Shown: positions 18,863 to 28,426, counted from the first letter of the stretch. The stretch: DNA of 55,302 nucleotides from Gemmatimonadaceae bacterium (GCA_051306215.1 JBPPMU010000216.1:1-55302), one strand, 5' to 3'. The notes: generated by a model not told the origin, from the sequence alone. Numbers and translations: made by a program.

Positions 18863-20212
18863 ATGCCCAATCAGCCTGACGTGATGGACAAGCTCGTGTC
18901 GCTGTGCAAGCGCCGTGGGTACATCTTCCAGTCGTCCGAGATCTACGGCGGCACCGGGTCGGTCTGGGACTATGGCCCCCTCGGCGTCGAGCTCAAGCGC
19001 AACCTGCAGGAGCGTTGGTGGACCGAGATGGTAAGGTCCCGGGAGAACGTCGAGGGCCTTGACTCCGCCATCCTCATGCATCCGCGCGTCTGGGAAGCAA
19101 GCGGGCACGTCAGCGGCTTCGTCGATCCGCTCGTCGACTGCAGGAACTGCCGCAAGAGATTTCGCGCCGATGACCCGAAGATAAAGGGCGCACCCGGCAC
19201 GTCCGATGCCCAGTGTCCGGCCTGCGGCATGAAAGGAACGCTCGGCGAGCCGCGGCAGTTCAATCTCATGTTCAGGACATTCATGGGCCCGGTAGAAGAC
19301 AGCGCTGCTACCATATATCTGCGACCGGAGACGGCGCAGGGAACGTATGTCAACTTCCTCAACGTCCAGCAGTCGACGCGCCAGCGCATCCCTTTCGGGA
19401 TTGCGCAGATCGGAAAGGCTTTCCGCAATGAGATAACGCCCGGCAACTTCATTTTCCGCACGCGGGAATTCGAGCAGATGGAGATGCAGTTCTTCGTCGA
19501 GCCCGGGACCGACATGGAGTGGTTCGAGTACTGGAAGGGCGAGCGGATGAGGTGGCACAGGGGCCTCGGGCTCGCCGAGGACCGTCTCCAGTTTCACCAG
19601 CACGGAGAGGATGAGCTGGCGCACTACGCGCGGGCGGCGTTCGATGTTCAGTTCGACTTCGGCGGATCGCTGGGGTTTCAGGAAGTAGAAGGCATCCACA
19701 ACCGCGGTGATTTCGATCTCTCGAGACATCAGGAATATTCCGGCAAGAAGCTCGAGTTCTTCGATCACGCCGCCAACAAGCGATTCGTTCCCTTTGTCGT
19801 CGAAACCGCCGCAGGGCCCAACCGGATCCTTCTGGCATTGCTCGTGAACGGGTATCGCGAGGAGGCGGTGGAAGGCGAGACCGAGGGCCGCGTCGTTCTC
19901 GGACTGCATCCCTCGCTCGCGCCGGTGAAAGCCGGCGTTTTCCCTCTGGTGAAGAAGGACGGAATGCCCGAAATCGCGAAGAGGATCGCCGAAGACCTGA
20001 GGCGTTCGTTCCCGGTGTTCTACGACGACAGCGGCGCGATCGGGCGGCGTTATCGCCGGCAGGATGAAATCGGCACCCCTTTCTGCGTCACTGTTGACGG
20101 CGACACGGCAGGGTCCAACTCCGCGACGATAAGAGATCGCGACACATTGAAGCAGGAGCGCGTGTCCCTCGACGGTTTGCGGGCGTATATCGGCGAGCGA
20201 ATAACGGCATGA
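18863..20212 (+). CDS. glyQS: Glycine--tRNA ligase, alpha2 homodimeric (eukaryote/archaea-like) type
   Basis: KRRGYIFQSSEIYGG, YLRPETAQG, FRNEITPGNFIFRTREFEQME, IGRRYRRQDEIGTPFC. Confidence 0.97.
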   Translation: MPNQPDVMDKLVSLCKRRGYIFQSSEIYGGTGSVWDYGPLGVELKRNLQERWWTEMVRSRENVEGLDSAILMHPRVWEASGHVSGFVDPLVDCRNCRKRFRADDPKIKGAPGTSDAQCPACGMKGTLGEPRQFNLMFRTFMGPVEDSAATIYLRPETAQGTYVNFLNVQQSTRQRIPFGIAQIGKAFRNEITPGNFIFRTREFEQMEMQFFVEPGTDMEWFEYWKGERMRWHRGLGLAEDRLQFHQHGEDELAHYARAAFDVQFDFGGSLGFQEVEGIHNRGDFDLSRHQEYSGKKLEFFDHAANKRFVPFVVETAAGPNRILLALLVNGYREEAVEGETEGRVVLGLHPSLAPVKAGVFPLVKKDGMPEIAKRIAEDLRRSFPVFYDDSGAIGRRYRRQDEIGTPFCVTVDGDTAGSNSATIRDRDTLKQERVSLDGLRAYIGERITA

Positions 20213-21735
20213 CCGAGCTGACCCTCGAACTTCTCCGGAGCGACGGACAGGCTTTCACCGAGGAGATCTCGCGGGAGAGCTATCTTGCACACTCCGGGCA
20301 CAAGCCGGTCGCAGAGTTCAAGCCGATCTACGATAAGTACGCCCATGTGCTCGGTGCGGAGGCCCTCACCCTCGCTGTCGAGCAGTTCAAGAACACGCTG
20401 AAGGGGAGCGAAGATCACCGGGCGGCAGGCATGCTTCTCGAGTGGCAGCTCGAATCGCAGGCATCCCGCTCCCTCGCCGAGCTCGATGAGAGAGAGATTG
20501 CATGGGAGAGCTCGGCGTACATAGAAACCCCGGAAGGCGAGCGGGTGCAATACCAGGCTGCCGCAATCGAGATCGCCAACGAGCGCGACAGGAAGCGGCG
20601 GCTGGAGCTCGACGAGGCACGGGCGAAGATGGTCAGGTTCGAGCATGCGCCGATGAGGCTCGAACGGCTTCAGCGCGAGAAGGATTTCATCGAGTCGCTT
20701 GGAATAGCGTCGAGCTACAACGCGGCCTTCGAGGAAATCACCGGGGTTTCGCTTTCGCGACTCGCTTCCGATTGCTCCGCATTTCTTCGCGATTCCCAGT
20801 CGATATGGGATGACACTCTCCCCTACCATCTTCAGAAATCCCTCGGCATAAAACCGTCCGAGGCGACGAGATCAGATGCCCTCGCGCTGCTGCGTGCCAC
20901 CGAGTACGACGGGGCATTCCCCGGGGCGACGCTTCAGAGCTCGATCGCCCGCCAGCTTGCCGAGATGAACGTCGACCCCTCGGCCGGAGGGAGGATCATC
21001 TATGACGTTGGGGAGAGACCCGGCAAGCGCGCACGTGCATTCTGCGCGCCGACGCGCGTACCCGAAGAGGTTTACCTCGTCCTGCGCCCGCATGGCGGCC
21101 AGAGCGACTATACGACCTTGCTCCACGAGTGCGGCCACGCGCTTCACTTCGCCAACGTGCGGCAGGATTATCCGTTCGAGTATCGGTGGCTCGGCGACAA
21201 CTCGGTGACCGAGTCGTACGCGATGCTGTTCGATCACAGGATGCAGGACCGCGGCTGGCTGTTGAGGTATACCGAGGTTGGCGCATCGAAGGTCGACGAG
21301 TTCCTGCGGCTTGCCGCGTTCGAGGAGCTTCACTACATCCGCCGTTACTGCGCGAAGCTCATCTACGAGGTCGAGGCGTACGGTGACAGCGCGGACTGGG
21401 TAGATCTTCCCGATATCTACGTCGACACGCTGACCCGCGCCACGAACTTCCAGTACCGCTCTACCGACGCTTTCGTCGATTTCGATCCGCGCTATTACTC
21501 AACGAGGTATCTCCGCGCCTGGCAGCTTCAGGCGCTCCTGAACGAGTCACTGGTTTCGAGGTTTGACGTCGACTGGTTCAGGAATCCGGCAGCAGGACCG
21601 TGGGTGACGCGGGAGCTTTGGGCGGAGGGTCAGCGCGAGACGGCAGAGGAGATCGCCGCGCGAGTAGGCGTCGGCGGAGAGAGCCTTTCGTTCGGTCCAC
21701 TTCTCAGGAATATCGAGCGGCTCCTTGGAAGCTGA
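20209..21735 (+). CDS. Gluzincin metallopeptidase, M3/M32-like
   Basis: LLHECGHALH plus downstream ESYAMLF third ligand; RPGKRARAFC. Confidence 0.7.
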   Translation: MTELTLELLRSDGQAFTEEISRESYLAHSGHKPVAEFKPIYDKYAHVLGAEALTLAVEQFKNTLKGSEDHRAAGMLLEWQLESQASRSLAELDEREIAWESSAYIETPEGERVQYQAAAIEIANERDRKRRLELDEARAKMVRFEHAPMRLERLQREKDFIESLGIASSYNAAFEEITGVSLSRLASDCSAFLRDSQSIWDDTLPYHLQKSLGIKPSEATRSDALALLRATEYDGAFPGATLQSSIARQLAEMNVDPSAGGRIIYDVGERPGKRARAFCAPTRVPEEVYLVLRPHGGQSDYTTLLHECGHALHFANVRQDYPFEYRWLGDNSVTESYAMLFDHRMQDRGWLLRYTEVGASKVDEFLRLAAFEELHYIRRYCAKLIYEVEAYGDSADWVDLPDIYVDTLTRATNFQYRSTDAFVDFDPRYYSTRYLRAWQLQALLNESLVSRFDVDWFRNPAAGPWVTRELWAEGQRETAEEIAARVGVGGESLSFGPLLRNIERLLGS

Positions 21736-23083
21736 TCGCGTGGCCGTCGAGGCCGAGACCGTCGAGCGGCTGCAGGCGCTGATTCGCTTCGATACGACGA
21801 ATCCGCCGGGCAACGAGGCCGAGCTCGCAGCATATCTCGCCCGCACGCTGGAGGACGAAGGGATCGAGACGCAGCTGCTCGTGCCCGTTGAAAACCGCGC
21901 TGCGGTAGTCGCCCGCATCAGGGGGAAGGGAAGCAAGCGCCCGGTGATGCTGATGGCTCACATGGACGTCGTTGGCGTCGAGCGCGACAAGTGGTCATGC
22001 GACCCGTTCGGTGGCGTGATCCGCGACGGGTATCTCTATGGCCGCGGCGCGATAGACGACAAGGGAATGCTGGCCGCGAACCTGATGGCGATGCTGCTGA
22101 TGAAGCGGAATGTCGTCGACGCCGGTATCGAGCTCGATCGGGACGTCATTTTCCTCGCGACGTCAGACGAGGAGACCGGCGGAATTCACGGCATCAAGTG
22201 GATGGTGGCCGAGCACCGCGATCTGATCGAGGCGGAATTTGCGATAAACGAAGGCGGGCGCACGAGAATCATACAGGGCGGGAAGCGGTACCTCGCAATC
22301 CAGACAGCCGAGAAGATCTCGCACATGGTGACAGTCACGGCGCGCGGCCCGGCCGGACATTCGGCGATTCCGCTGGTCGACAACGCGATTTTCCGACTCG
22401 GCAGGGCGCTCGCGAGACTTGGCGAGTATCGTGAGCCGGTGACGCTGACGGTGACGACGAGGCGGTTCTTCAGTGAGCTGTCGCAAATGTGGCCGGTCGA
22501 AACAGAGCGCCTGGCGATGGCGGCACTTGTCTCGGATGACGCTGCGGAGTCCGCGCGGGGCGCCGCGGTGCTTTCAGGCATACCGGTACTCAATGCGGTC
22601 CTCCGGAACGGAATTTCGGCGACCACGCTCAGGGGCGGGGTTGCCGGCAACGTGATACCGGCGGAGGTGAGCGCAGTCCTCAATGTCCGCACTATCCCCG
22701 GCCACGACATCGACGAAATCGCCAGGCGGCTCGAGGAGTGCGCTGCCGAGCCGGGCGTTTCGATCAGCGTCACGTTGCGAGGCGCTGAGGCCCCGGAGTC
22801 GAACCCTGATTCGCCGATGTTCGAGGCGCTCGCGGCGGCTGCAAGAGAGATAGATCCCGGGATCACGGTCGTGCCGTATCTGAGCACGGGCGGCACCGAC
22901 AGCTCCCACCTCCGCCGGGCCGGAATCAGCTCGTACGGGATCCTGCCGTTTCCGATGGAGCAGCCTGACGAGGAGAGAATGCACGGCCACGACGAGCGTG
23001 TTCCTGTCGAGTCACTTCACTTCGGGACGAGGCTGATCTTCGCGTCGATCCGGCGGGTGTCCGTCGCATCGGGTGACCAATAG
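21725..23083 (+). CDS. M20/M25/M40-family metallohydrolase
   Basis: DTTNPPGNE, MAHMDVV, YGRGAIDDKG, DEETGG, GGTDS, HGHDER; TTG start. Confidence 0.93.
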   Translation: MEADRVAVEAETVERLQALIRFDTTNPPGNEAELAAYLARTLEDEGIETQLLVPVENRAAVVARIRGKGSKRPVMLMAHMDVVGVERDKWSCDPFGGVIRDGYLYGRGAIDDKGMLAANLMAMLLMKRNVVDAGIELDRDVIFLATSDEETGGIHGIKWMVAEHRDLIEAEFAINEGGRTRIIQGGKRYLAIQTAEKISHMVTVTARGPAGHSAIPLVDNAIFRLGRALARLGEYREPVTLTVTTRRFFSELSQMWPVETERLAMAALVSDDAAESARGAAVLSGIPVLNAVLRNGISATTLRGGVAGNVIPAEVSAVLNVRTIPGHDIDEIARRLEECAAEPGVSISVTLRGAEAPESNPDSPMFEALAAAAREIDPGITVVPYLSTGGTDSSHLRRAGISSYGILPFPMEQPDEERMHGHDERVPVESLHFGTRLIFASIRRVSVASGDQ

Positions 23084-23125
23084 ATTGCCTCTTTGCAGCA
23101 GCAACCTCAAACCCAAGACTGAAGC

Positions 23126-23458
23126 GTGAATTCACAGCGGGCACGTACTATCCAGGAAGCTGTCACAGTCCTGCCGCCGTCCGACGTCATCGCAGCGGCA
23201 AAGAAGTTCTTTTCGCGCCGCAGCAGCATCTACTCCGCTTTTCCCGAGCAGGAAGGGCCGGGCTACCTCACGCTGCGCGGGCAGGGAGGCGAGGAGATAG
23301 CGATCGGCGCGACGGCAGCTGACGTCGATACGAGGGTCACGGCATCGACCTACCTCTTCGACCAGCAGGTCGCGCGGTTTCTTGCATCGCTTCCTGTGCG
23401 CGCCGGTTTTGTGAGCGCCGCGGTTGAGGAGGCGGCGCCAGTGGACACCGGGGCATGA
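23126..23458 (+). CDS. Hypothetical protein
   Basis: 110-aa ORF with globular-looking composition; 4-bp ATGA coupling to the next gene. Confidence 0.7.
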   Translation: MNSQRARTIQEAVTVLPPSDVIAAAKKFFSRRSSIYSAFPEQEGPGYLTLRGQGGEEIAIGATAADVDTRVTASTYLFDQQVARFLASLPVRAGFVSAAVEEAAPVDTGA

Positions 23459-23781
23459 CCGCGCCATTCGTGACGGAGATTCGCGCCCCTCACGACGTAA
23501 TCGCATTAGTCGGCGGCGAAGGTCCAGTGGTGCATCTCCGTGTCCAGGTCGCTGAGCTCTGGGATGTTATCCGGATAGATGCGCCGGCTTCGTCGCCGTT
23601 CACTGCGGTCAAGAAGGCAGCGCTCGCGGCGTTCTATCCAGCCGGCGCCGAGGCGCTCGACTTTGTCGGCAAGGTTCGCGGATTCGAGATACTCCACGAA
23701 GGCGAGAATCTCGAGAAGTGCGGTATCCGCGACGGCTCAACGATTCTGCTGACGAGTCGGAGACGAAGGCCGGTGAAATAG
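23455..23781 (+). CDS. Probable ubiquitin-like (beta-grasp) protein without C-terminal GG
   Basis: Manual alignment: GFEILHEGENLEKCGIRDGSTILL vs ubiquitin [23 protein letters not shown]; beta-beta-alpha N-terminal pattern (LRVQV..IRIDAPASSPFTAVKKA). Confidence 0.6.
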   Translation: MTAPFVTEIRAPHDVIALVGGEGPVVHLRVQVAELWDVIRIDAPASSPFTAVKKAALAAFYPAGAEALDFVGKVRGFEILHEGENLEKCGIRDGSTILLTSRRRRPVK

Positions 23782-23795
23782 CGGAGTCGGTTGCG

Positions 23796-24722
23796 ATGCG
23801 ACCGGGATTTCTGTCGCACTCCGATTGCGGCCGGCATGACACGGGATGGGGACACCCCGAGCACGTCGGCCGTTTGCGCGCCATCACGCGGGCGCTCCGG
23901 AATGACCCTGACCTGTGGGAAGCTGTGGAACACCTCGAGGGCAGGCATGCGACGCCGGCTGAGCTGGCGCTGGCGCATGACGCCGCCTACGTGGCGTCGG
24001 TGGCGAGTATCGCCGATGGTGGTGGAGCCCGTCTCGACAATGACACCGTCGTGAGCGAGGGATCGTGGGATGCCGCGTCAGCCGGCGCGGGTTGCGTGCT
24101 CGAAGCGGTCGATCGTTCGATGTCCGGCGTGAACCTGCGCTCGTTCTGCGCCGTGCGTCCGCCAGGTCATCACGCCCTGTTTGATCGCGGGATGGGTTTC
24201 TGCCTTTTCGGCAACGTTGCCCTCGCTGCTCACTACGCCATGGCTAGGCACTCGGTGGATCGGGTTCTGATCGTCGATTGGGATGTGCATCACGGCAACG
24301 GAACTCAGGCATTGGTGGAGGCCGAACCGGACATCCACTTCGTGTCGATGCATCAATGGCCGTGGTACCCGGGAACGGGGGCCGCTAGCGACAGGGGGCC
24401 GCACGGCAGCATCTGGAACATCCCCATGCCGGCGGCGCTCAAGCCAGGGGACTATGTCGAAGCGCTCGAGCGGGGCATCGACGAGGCGACTGCCGGCTTC
24501 GTCCCCGACCTCATTCTGATCTCGGCCGGATTCGATTCGATGTACGGCGACCACCTGGGCGGGTTCACGCTCGATCTCGAGCAGATTGCGGGGCTGACGC
24601 GCTCACTTGTTTCGCGAGCGGAGAGCTGGTGTGGCGGGCGACTGGTGAGCGCGCTCGAGGGCGGTTATGTGCCCGACCGGCTGGGCGATGCGTGCGTGGT
24701 GCACCTCCGGTCGCTCGAATGA
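23796..24722 (+). CDS. Histone deacetylase family (class II-like) Zn amidohydrolase
   Basis: HPE, VRPPGHHA, GFCLFGN, DWDVHHGNGTQ, SAGFD, LEGGY; ATG 23796 after GGAG. Confidence 0.95.
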   Translation: MRPGFLSHSDCGRHDTGWGHPEHVGRLRAITRALRNDPDLWEAVEHLEGRHATPAELALAHDAAYVASVASIADGGGARLDNDTVVSEGSWDAASAGAGCVLEAVDRSMSGVNLRSFCAVRPPGHHALFDRGMGFCLFGNVALAAHYAMARHSVDRVLIVDWDVHHGNGTQALVEAEPDIHFVSMHQWPWYPGTGAASDRGPHGSIWNIPMPAALKPGDYVEALERGIDEATAGFVPDLILISAGFDSMYGDHLGGFTLDLEQIAGLTRSLVSRAESWCGGRLVSALEGGYVPDRLGDACVVHLRSLE

Positions 24723-25705
24723 GCGTCGCGCACTGGAGCTGTTATTACGATCCGGATGGATCGATCACGACCGACCTCGACCGGGGCGCGATTCAGGAAA
24801 ATTTCGGCTCCGGTGTGGGTACACTCTGGGTCGACGTCGACATGCGTGAGCCGGTCCAGGTCGAGCTGTTGGAGGGTGTATTCGGCTTTCATCCTCTCGC
24901 GATCGAGGACAGCCTCAATCCTGACTCGCGCGTAAAGTTCGATGAATACAGGGATTTCGTGATTCTCATCGTGCGAACTGTCTCGTTCGTCGAGGCGACT
25001 GAAGATCCCTATGACATAGAGACCGTCAATTTCACCTGCTTCCTCGGCAAGAATTTTCTCGTCACCGTGCACGGTGAGCATACCCACCCCGTTGACGCCA
25101 CGATCGAAATGCTCCGGAAGCGGCCGGAGCTCGCGGCTGCCGGCACAGCCCGCCTGATGCACGCAGTCGTCGACGAAACGGTGAATGCATACTTTCCGAT
25201 TCTGGACCAGATCGATGAGTTCATGGATACGCTCGAGGAACGAGTGTTCGCGAACTTCGACCGGGATGCCCTCCGCGAGATTTTCAGCGTCAAGCGCCTC
25301 GTCCTGTCCCTGAGGCGTCATCTGGCACCGGAGAGGGATGTTTTCAGCATCGTCACGAACCGGCCGAGTGCGCTGCTTTCGATCGAGACCCAGATCTACT
25401 ACCGCGACATATACGACCACGTCCTGCGGATAAACGACGCTCTCGAGACATATCGCGAGTTGCTCGGCACCACTCTCGATAGTTACTTAACGCAGGTGTC
25501 TAACCGGCTCGGAACCGTCACGAAGGCGTTGAGCATCGTGGCGACGATCAGCCTTCCGTTCGTTGTAGTGAGCGGAATGTGGGGAATGAACTTCACCGTG
25601 ATCCCCCTGTCGGACAACACGTATGGTTTCTGGATAATGCTGGCTGTTCAGCTAGGTCTCGGTGGGCTTCTCCTCATGGTACTCAGATGGCGCAAACTCC
25701 TTTGA
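24719..25705 (+). CDS. corA: CorA-family Mg2+/Co2+ transporter
   Basis: FHPLAIED, YYRDIYDH, GMWGMNF (GMN) and two C-terminal TM helices; ATGA overlap with the HDAC stop. Confidence 0.93.
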   Translation: MSVAHWSCYYDPDGSITTDLDRGAIQENFGSGVGTLWVDVDMREPVQVELLEGVFGFHPLAIEDSLNPDSRVKFDEYRDFVILIVRTVSFVEATEDPYDIETVNFTCFLGKNFLVTVHGEHTHPVDATIEMLRKRPELAAAGTARLMHAVVDETVNAYFPILDQIDEFMDTLEERVFANFDRDALREIFSVKRLVLSLRRHLAPERDVFSIVTNRPSALLSIETQIYYRDIYDHVLRINDALETYRELLGTTLDSYLTQVSNRLGTVTKALSIVATISLPFVVVSGMWGMNFTVIPLSDNTYGFWIMLAVQLGLGGLLLMVLRWRKLL

Positions 25706-26343
25706 CCGGACTTCGCCTTTACGGGGTCGCCGCACACGATCCAACATCGGGTGATGTGCTCGCGGAAGGGACATCCCTCGTTCACATCAGGTCGCTTGCG
25801 GCGGTTGTCACTCCGAGCAAGTACAGCCGAACCGTTCTCGATGAAGCGGCGATGGACGACTACACCCGGGTGCTCGAGGAGATTCAGTCGGCGACCGCCG
25901 TCCTTCCGGCGCCCCCGGGCACGATCTTCAAGTCGCGGGACAGCCTCCTTCGATGGCTCGAGCTTCACTACTTCACTTTGACGCAGACGATGTCCGCGAT
26001 CGAGGGCCATGGCCAGGCGCGCTTCACGGCGACCAAGACTGCGGGAGTCGATCCCGCCAACGCAACCGGCGCGGAAGCGAAAGAGAGCGCAAAACAGCTC
26101 GTCGCAGTTGCGGCCCAGAGCATGAGAGTTCTCCGTGGCCAGGCGGCAGCGACGATCACCCTTCCGGTGCCTGACGACGAGACCCTGATCATCGCTCACG
26201 CTTCATTCCTTGTAGAGCTCGAGCGGTGGGAGCAGTTCGCTGACCTCGTTGAGAAGGAGGACCGGCGCCAGACCGCCCTCGATTTCCACCTGACCGGGCC
26301 CTGGCCGCCTTACGATTTCGTCAAGATGCAATTCGGAGCGTAG
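25687..26343 (+). CDS. GvpL/GvpF-family protein (orphan)
   Basis: LYGV N-terminus, VLPAPPGTIF, SFLV, terminal TGPWPPYDFV signature. Confidence 0.85.
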   Translation: MAQTPLTGLRLYGVAAHDPTSGDVLAEGTSLVHIRSLAAVVTPSKYSRTVLDEAAMDDYTRVLEEIQSATAVLPAPPGTIFKSRDSLLRWLELHYFTLTQTMSAIEGHGQARFTATKTAGVDPANATGAEAKESAKQLVAVAAQSMRVLRGQAAATITLPVPDDETLIIAHASFLVELERWEQFADLVEKEDRRQTALDFHLTGPWPPYDFVKMQFGA

Positions 26344-26346
26344 CAG

Positions 26347-27366
26347 ATGTTCTGTCCTGACTGCGGATCATGGAACCGGGGATCCGCCGCACGGTGCCTG
26401 AGATGCGGTGAGCTGCTTCCGGTGGCGATAAGCCGGAACACGACGCCGCCCGACCCGGCGATCACGGCGCTGCGCCACGTCACCGGCGGGCGCTACAGCG
26501 TAATGCACAGGGTTGGCGAAGGCGGCATGGCGAACGTCTATTACGCCCTTCACATCCCGCTCGACTGCCCGGTGGTCATCAAGGTGATGCATCCGCATCT
26601 CGCCCGCGACGCCGACATGCGCGAGCGGTTCAAGCGTGAGGCAGAGTCGGCAGCGCAGCTCGTCCACCCGCACATCTGTTCGATCACTGACTTCGGCTCA
26701 GTCGGGGACCAGGTCTTCCTCGTGATGCCGTACCTCGCCCGCGGCACCCTGGCGGACCGCATAAACAACCGGCGGTCATTTCCGCCCGAGCGAACGGCAG
26801 CCATCGCAGCGCAGGTTGCATGCGCCCTCGACTACGCGCACCGGCATGGACTCGTCCACAGGGACATCAAACCCGACAACATTCTCTTCGACGAAGACGA
26901 GAATGCGCTGGTGACGGACTTCGGAATCGCTACGGGACATTTCCGGGCGAGGATGACAGGAACGGGAAATGTCATGGGAACTCCACATTACATGTCGCCC
27001 GAGCAGGCACGCGGAAAACTCCTCGATGGCCGGAGTGACATCTACGCTCTTGGAGTCGTGATGTACGAGGTGCTTCTCGGATTCCCCCCGTTCGACGGCG
27101 CTGACGGATACTCGATCAGCTACAAGCACGTAACCGAGACCGCGGCATCGCCCGAAGTCGTCGACTCGCGCATCCCGCCCGCGCTTTCGGCAATCGTAAT
27201 GAAGTGTCTCGCGAAACGGGCCTCGGACCGCTATCAGAGAGGCAACGAGCTCGCCGATGCGCTCATCGGGTTTCTCGGCGCCACCGGATCCGCCGACGAC
27301 ATCCGGCCGGCCTGGACGTCGAGGGTCGTCTCACCGTCGAAGCCGATCACGTCGAGCGTCGGTTGA
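26347..27366 (+). CDS. Hanks-type Ser/Thr protein kinase with N-terminal zinc ribbon, soluble
   Basis: CPDCG..CLRCG; GEGGMANVY, VIK, HRDIKPDN, DFG, GTPHYMSPE; no TM segment. Confidence 0.95.
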   Translation: MFCPDCGSWNRGSAARCLRCGELLPVAISRNTTPPDPAITALRHVTGGRYSVMHRVGEGGMANVYYALHIPLDCPVVIKVMHPHLARDADMRERFKREAESAAQLVHPHICSITDFGSVGDQVFLVMPYLARGTLADRINNRRSFPPERTAAIAAQVACALDYAHRHGLVHRDIKPDNILFDEDENALVTDFGIATGHFRARMTGTGNVMGTPHYMSPEQARGKLLDGRSDIYALGVVMYEVLLGFPPFDGADGYSISYKHVTETAASPEVVDSRIPPALSAIVMKCLAKRASDRYQRGNELADALIGFLGATGSADDIRPAWTSRVVSPSKPITSSVG

Positions 27367-28421
27367 TGCGTCTGTCGCATGAGGTCGTCAACCTTCGCAC
27401 CCGCTATCCTTTCGTGATCGCGCGCGGCGGTTATGCGGCTCACGAGAACGTGATCGTGCGAATCACCGACGACGATGGGATAGAGGGACTGGGAGAAGCT
27501 GCGCCGAACCGGTACTACGGTGAGTCCGTCGCAAGCGTCATCGGCGCGCTGGAAAAGTTCGAGCCCGTACTCGGCAGCGCAGACTCGTGGTCCCTCGAGG
27601 CGATCGACGCGAGCCTTGGGATGGTTCTTCGGGGAAACAACGCGGCAAGGGGAGCGATCAGCTCCGCACTTCACGACATCGTCGGGAAACGCCTGGGGAT
27701 TCCGGTGCATCGCCTCTGGGGTCTCGACCCGGCGGATTGCGGGGAATCGAGCTTCACTATCGGCATCGCCGACAACGACGGGCTGAGACAGCGGGTCGAA
27801 GATGCTGAGCAGTATCCGATTCTCAAGGTCAAGCTCGGGACCGAGCGCGACATGGAGATCGTGCGGGTTGTGCGCGACGCGGCGCCGTCCAAGCGTCTGC
27901 GCGTCGATGCGAACGCGGCATGGTCGGCGTCGCACGCAGTGAGGATGATCGATTTTCTCGCCGATCACGATGTCGAATTCGTTGAGCAGCCAGTCGCGCA
28001 GCACGATATCGACGGATTCAGGCACATACGCTCGAGATCGAAGCTCCCGATCATCGCCGATGAATCATGCCTCGTGTCAACCGATGTTCCCCGCCTCGCG
28101 GGCGCTGTCGACGGCATAAATCTCAAGCTCGCGAAATGCGGAAGCCTGCGTGAGGCGATCAGGATCGTCCATACCGCGCGCTCGTTCGGTATGAGCGTGA
28201 TGGCCGGCTGCATGATCGAGTCGAGCCTCGGAATCTCCGCGATTGCGCAGCTCGCCCCTCTCCTCGATCATGCGGACTTCGACGGAGCAGCACTGCTGGC
28301 CGAGGATCCGTTCGAGGGCGCCACAATCTCGGGCGGCCGCATTTCCCTGACGGCCGCGCCTGGGCTCGGAGTCGGGCCACGCCGCCATCCGGATCAGGCA
28401 GCGGCCGCGGCGGCACGCTAG
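27366..28421 (+). CDS. Dipeptide epimerase (L-Ala-D/L-Glu epimerase-like, enolase superfamily)
   Basis: GLGEAAP, KVKLG, RVDAN, EQP, ADES, KLAKCG, GCMIES, DFDG. Confidence 0.9.
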   Translation: MRLSHEVVNLRTRYPFVIARGGYAAHENVIVRITDDDGIEGLGEAAPNRYYGESVASVIGALEKFEPVLGSADSWSLEAIDASLGMVLRGNNAARGAISSALHDIVGKRLGIPVHRLWGLDPADCGESSFTIGIADNDGLRQRVEDAEQYPILKVKLGTERDMEIVRVVRDAAPSKRLRVDANAAWSASHAVRMIDFLADHDVEFVEQPVAQHDIDGFRHIRSRSKLPIIADESCLVSTDVPRLAGAVDGINLKLAKCGSLREAIRIVHTARSFGMSVMAGCMIESSLGISAIAQLAPLLDHADFDGAALLAEDPFEGATISGGRISLTAAPGLGVGPRRHPDQAAAAAAR

Positions 28422-28426
28422 CAGCG

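Noticed and set aside
18578-18884. Short ORFs in the purA-glyQS spacer
   Set aside because: No motifs and atypical composition; they coincide with the inverted repeat
23455-23781. Complete bacterial ubiquitin conjugation system
   Set aside because: The Ubl lacks a C-terminal glycine and no E1, E2, E3 or JAB genes are in the window
25687-26343. Gas vesicle gene cluster
   Set aside because: Only one GvpL/F gene; no structural gvpA/J or gvpN/O/K nearby
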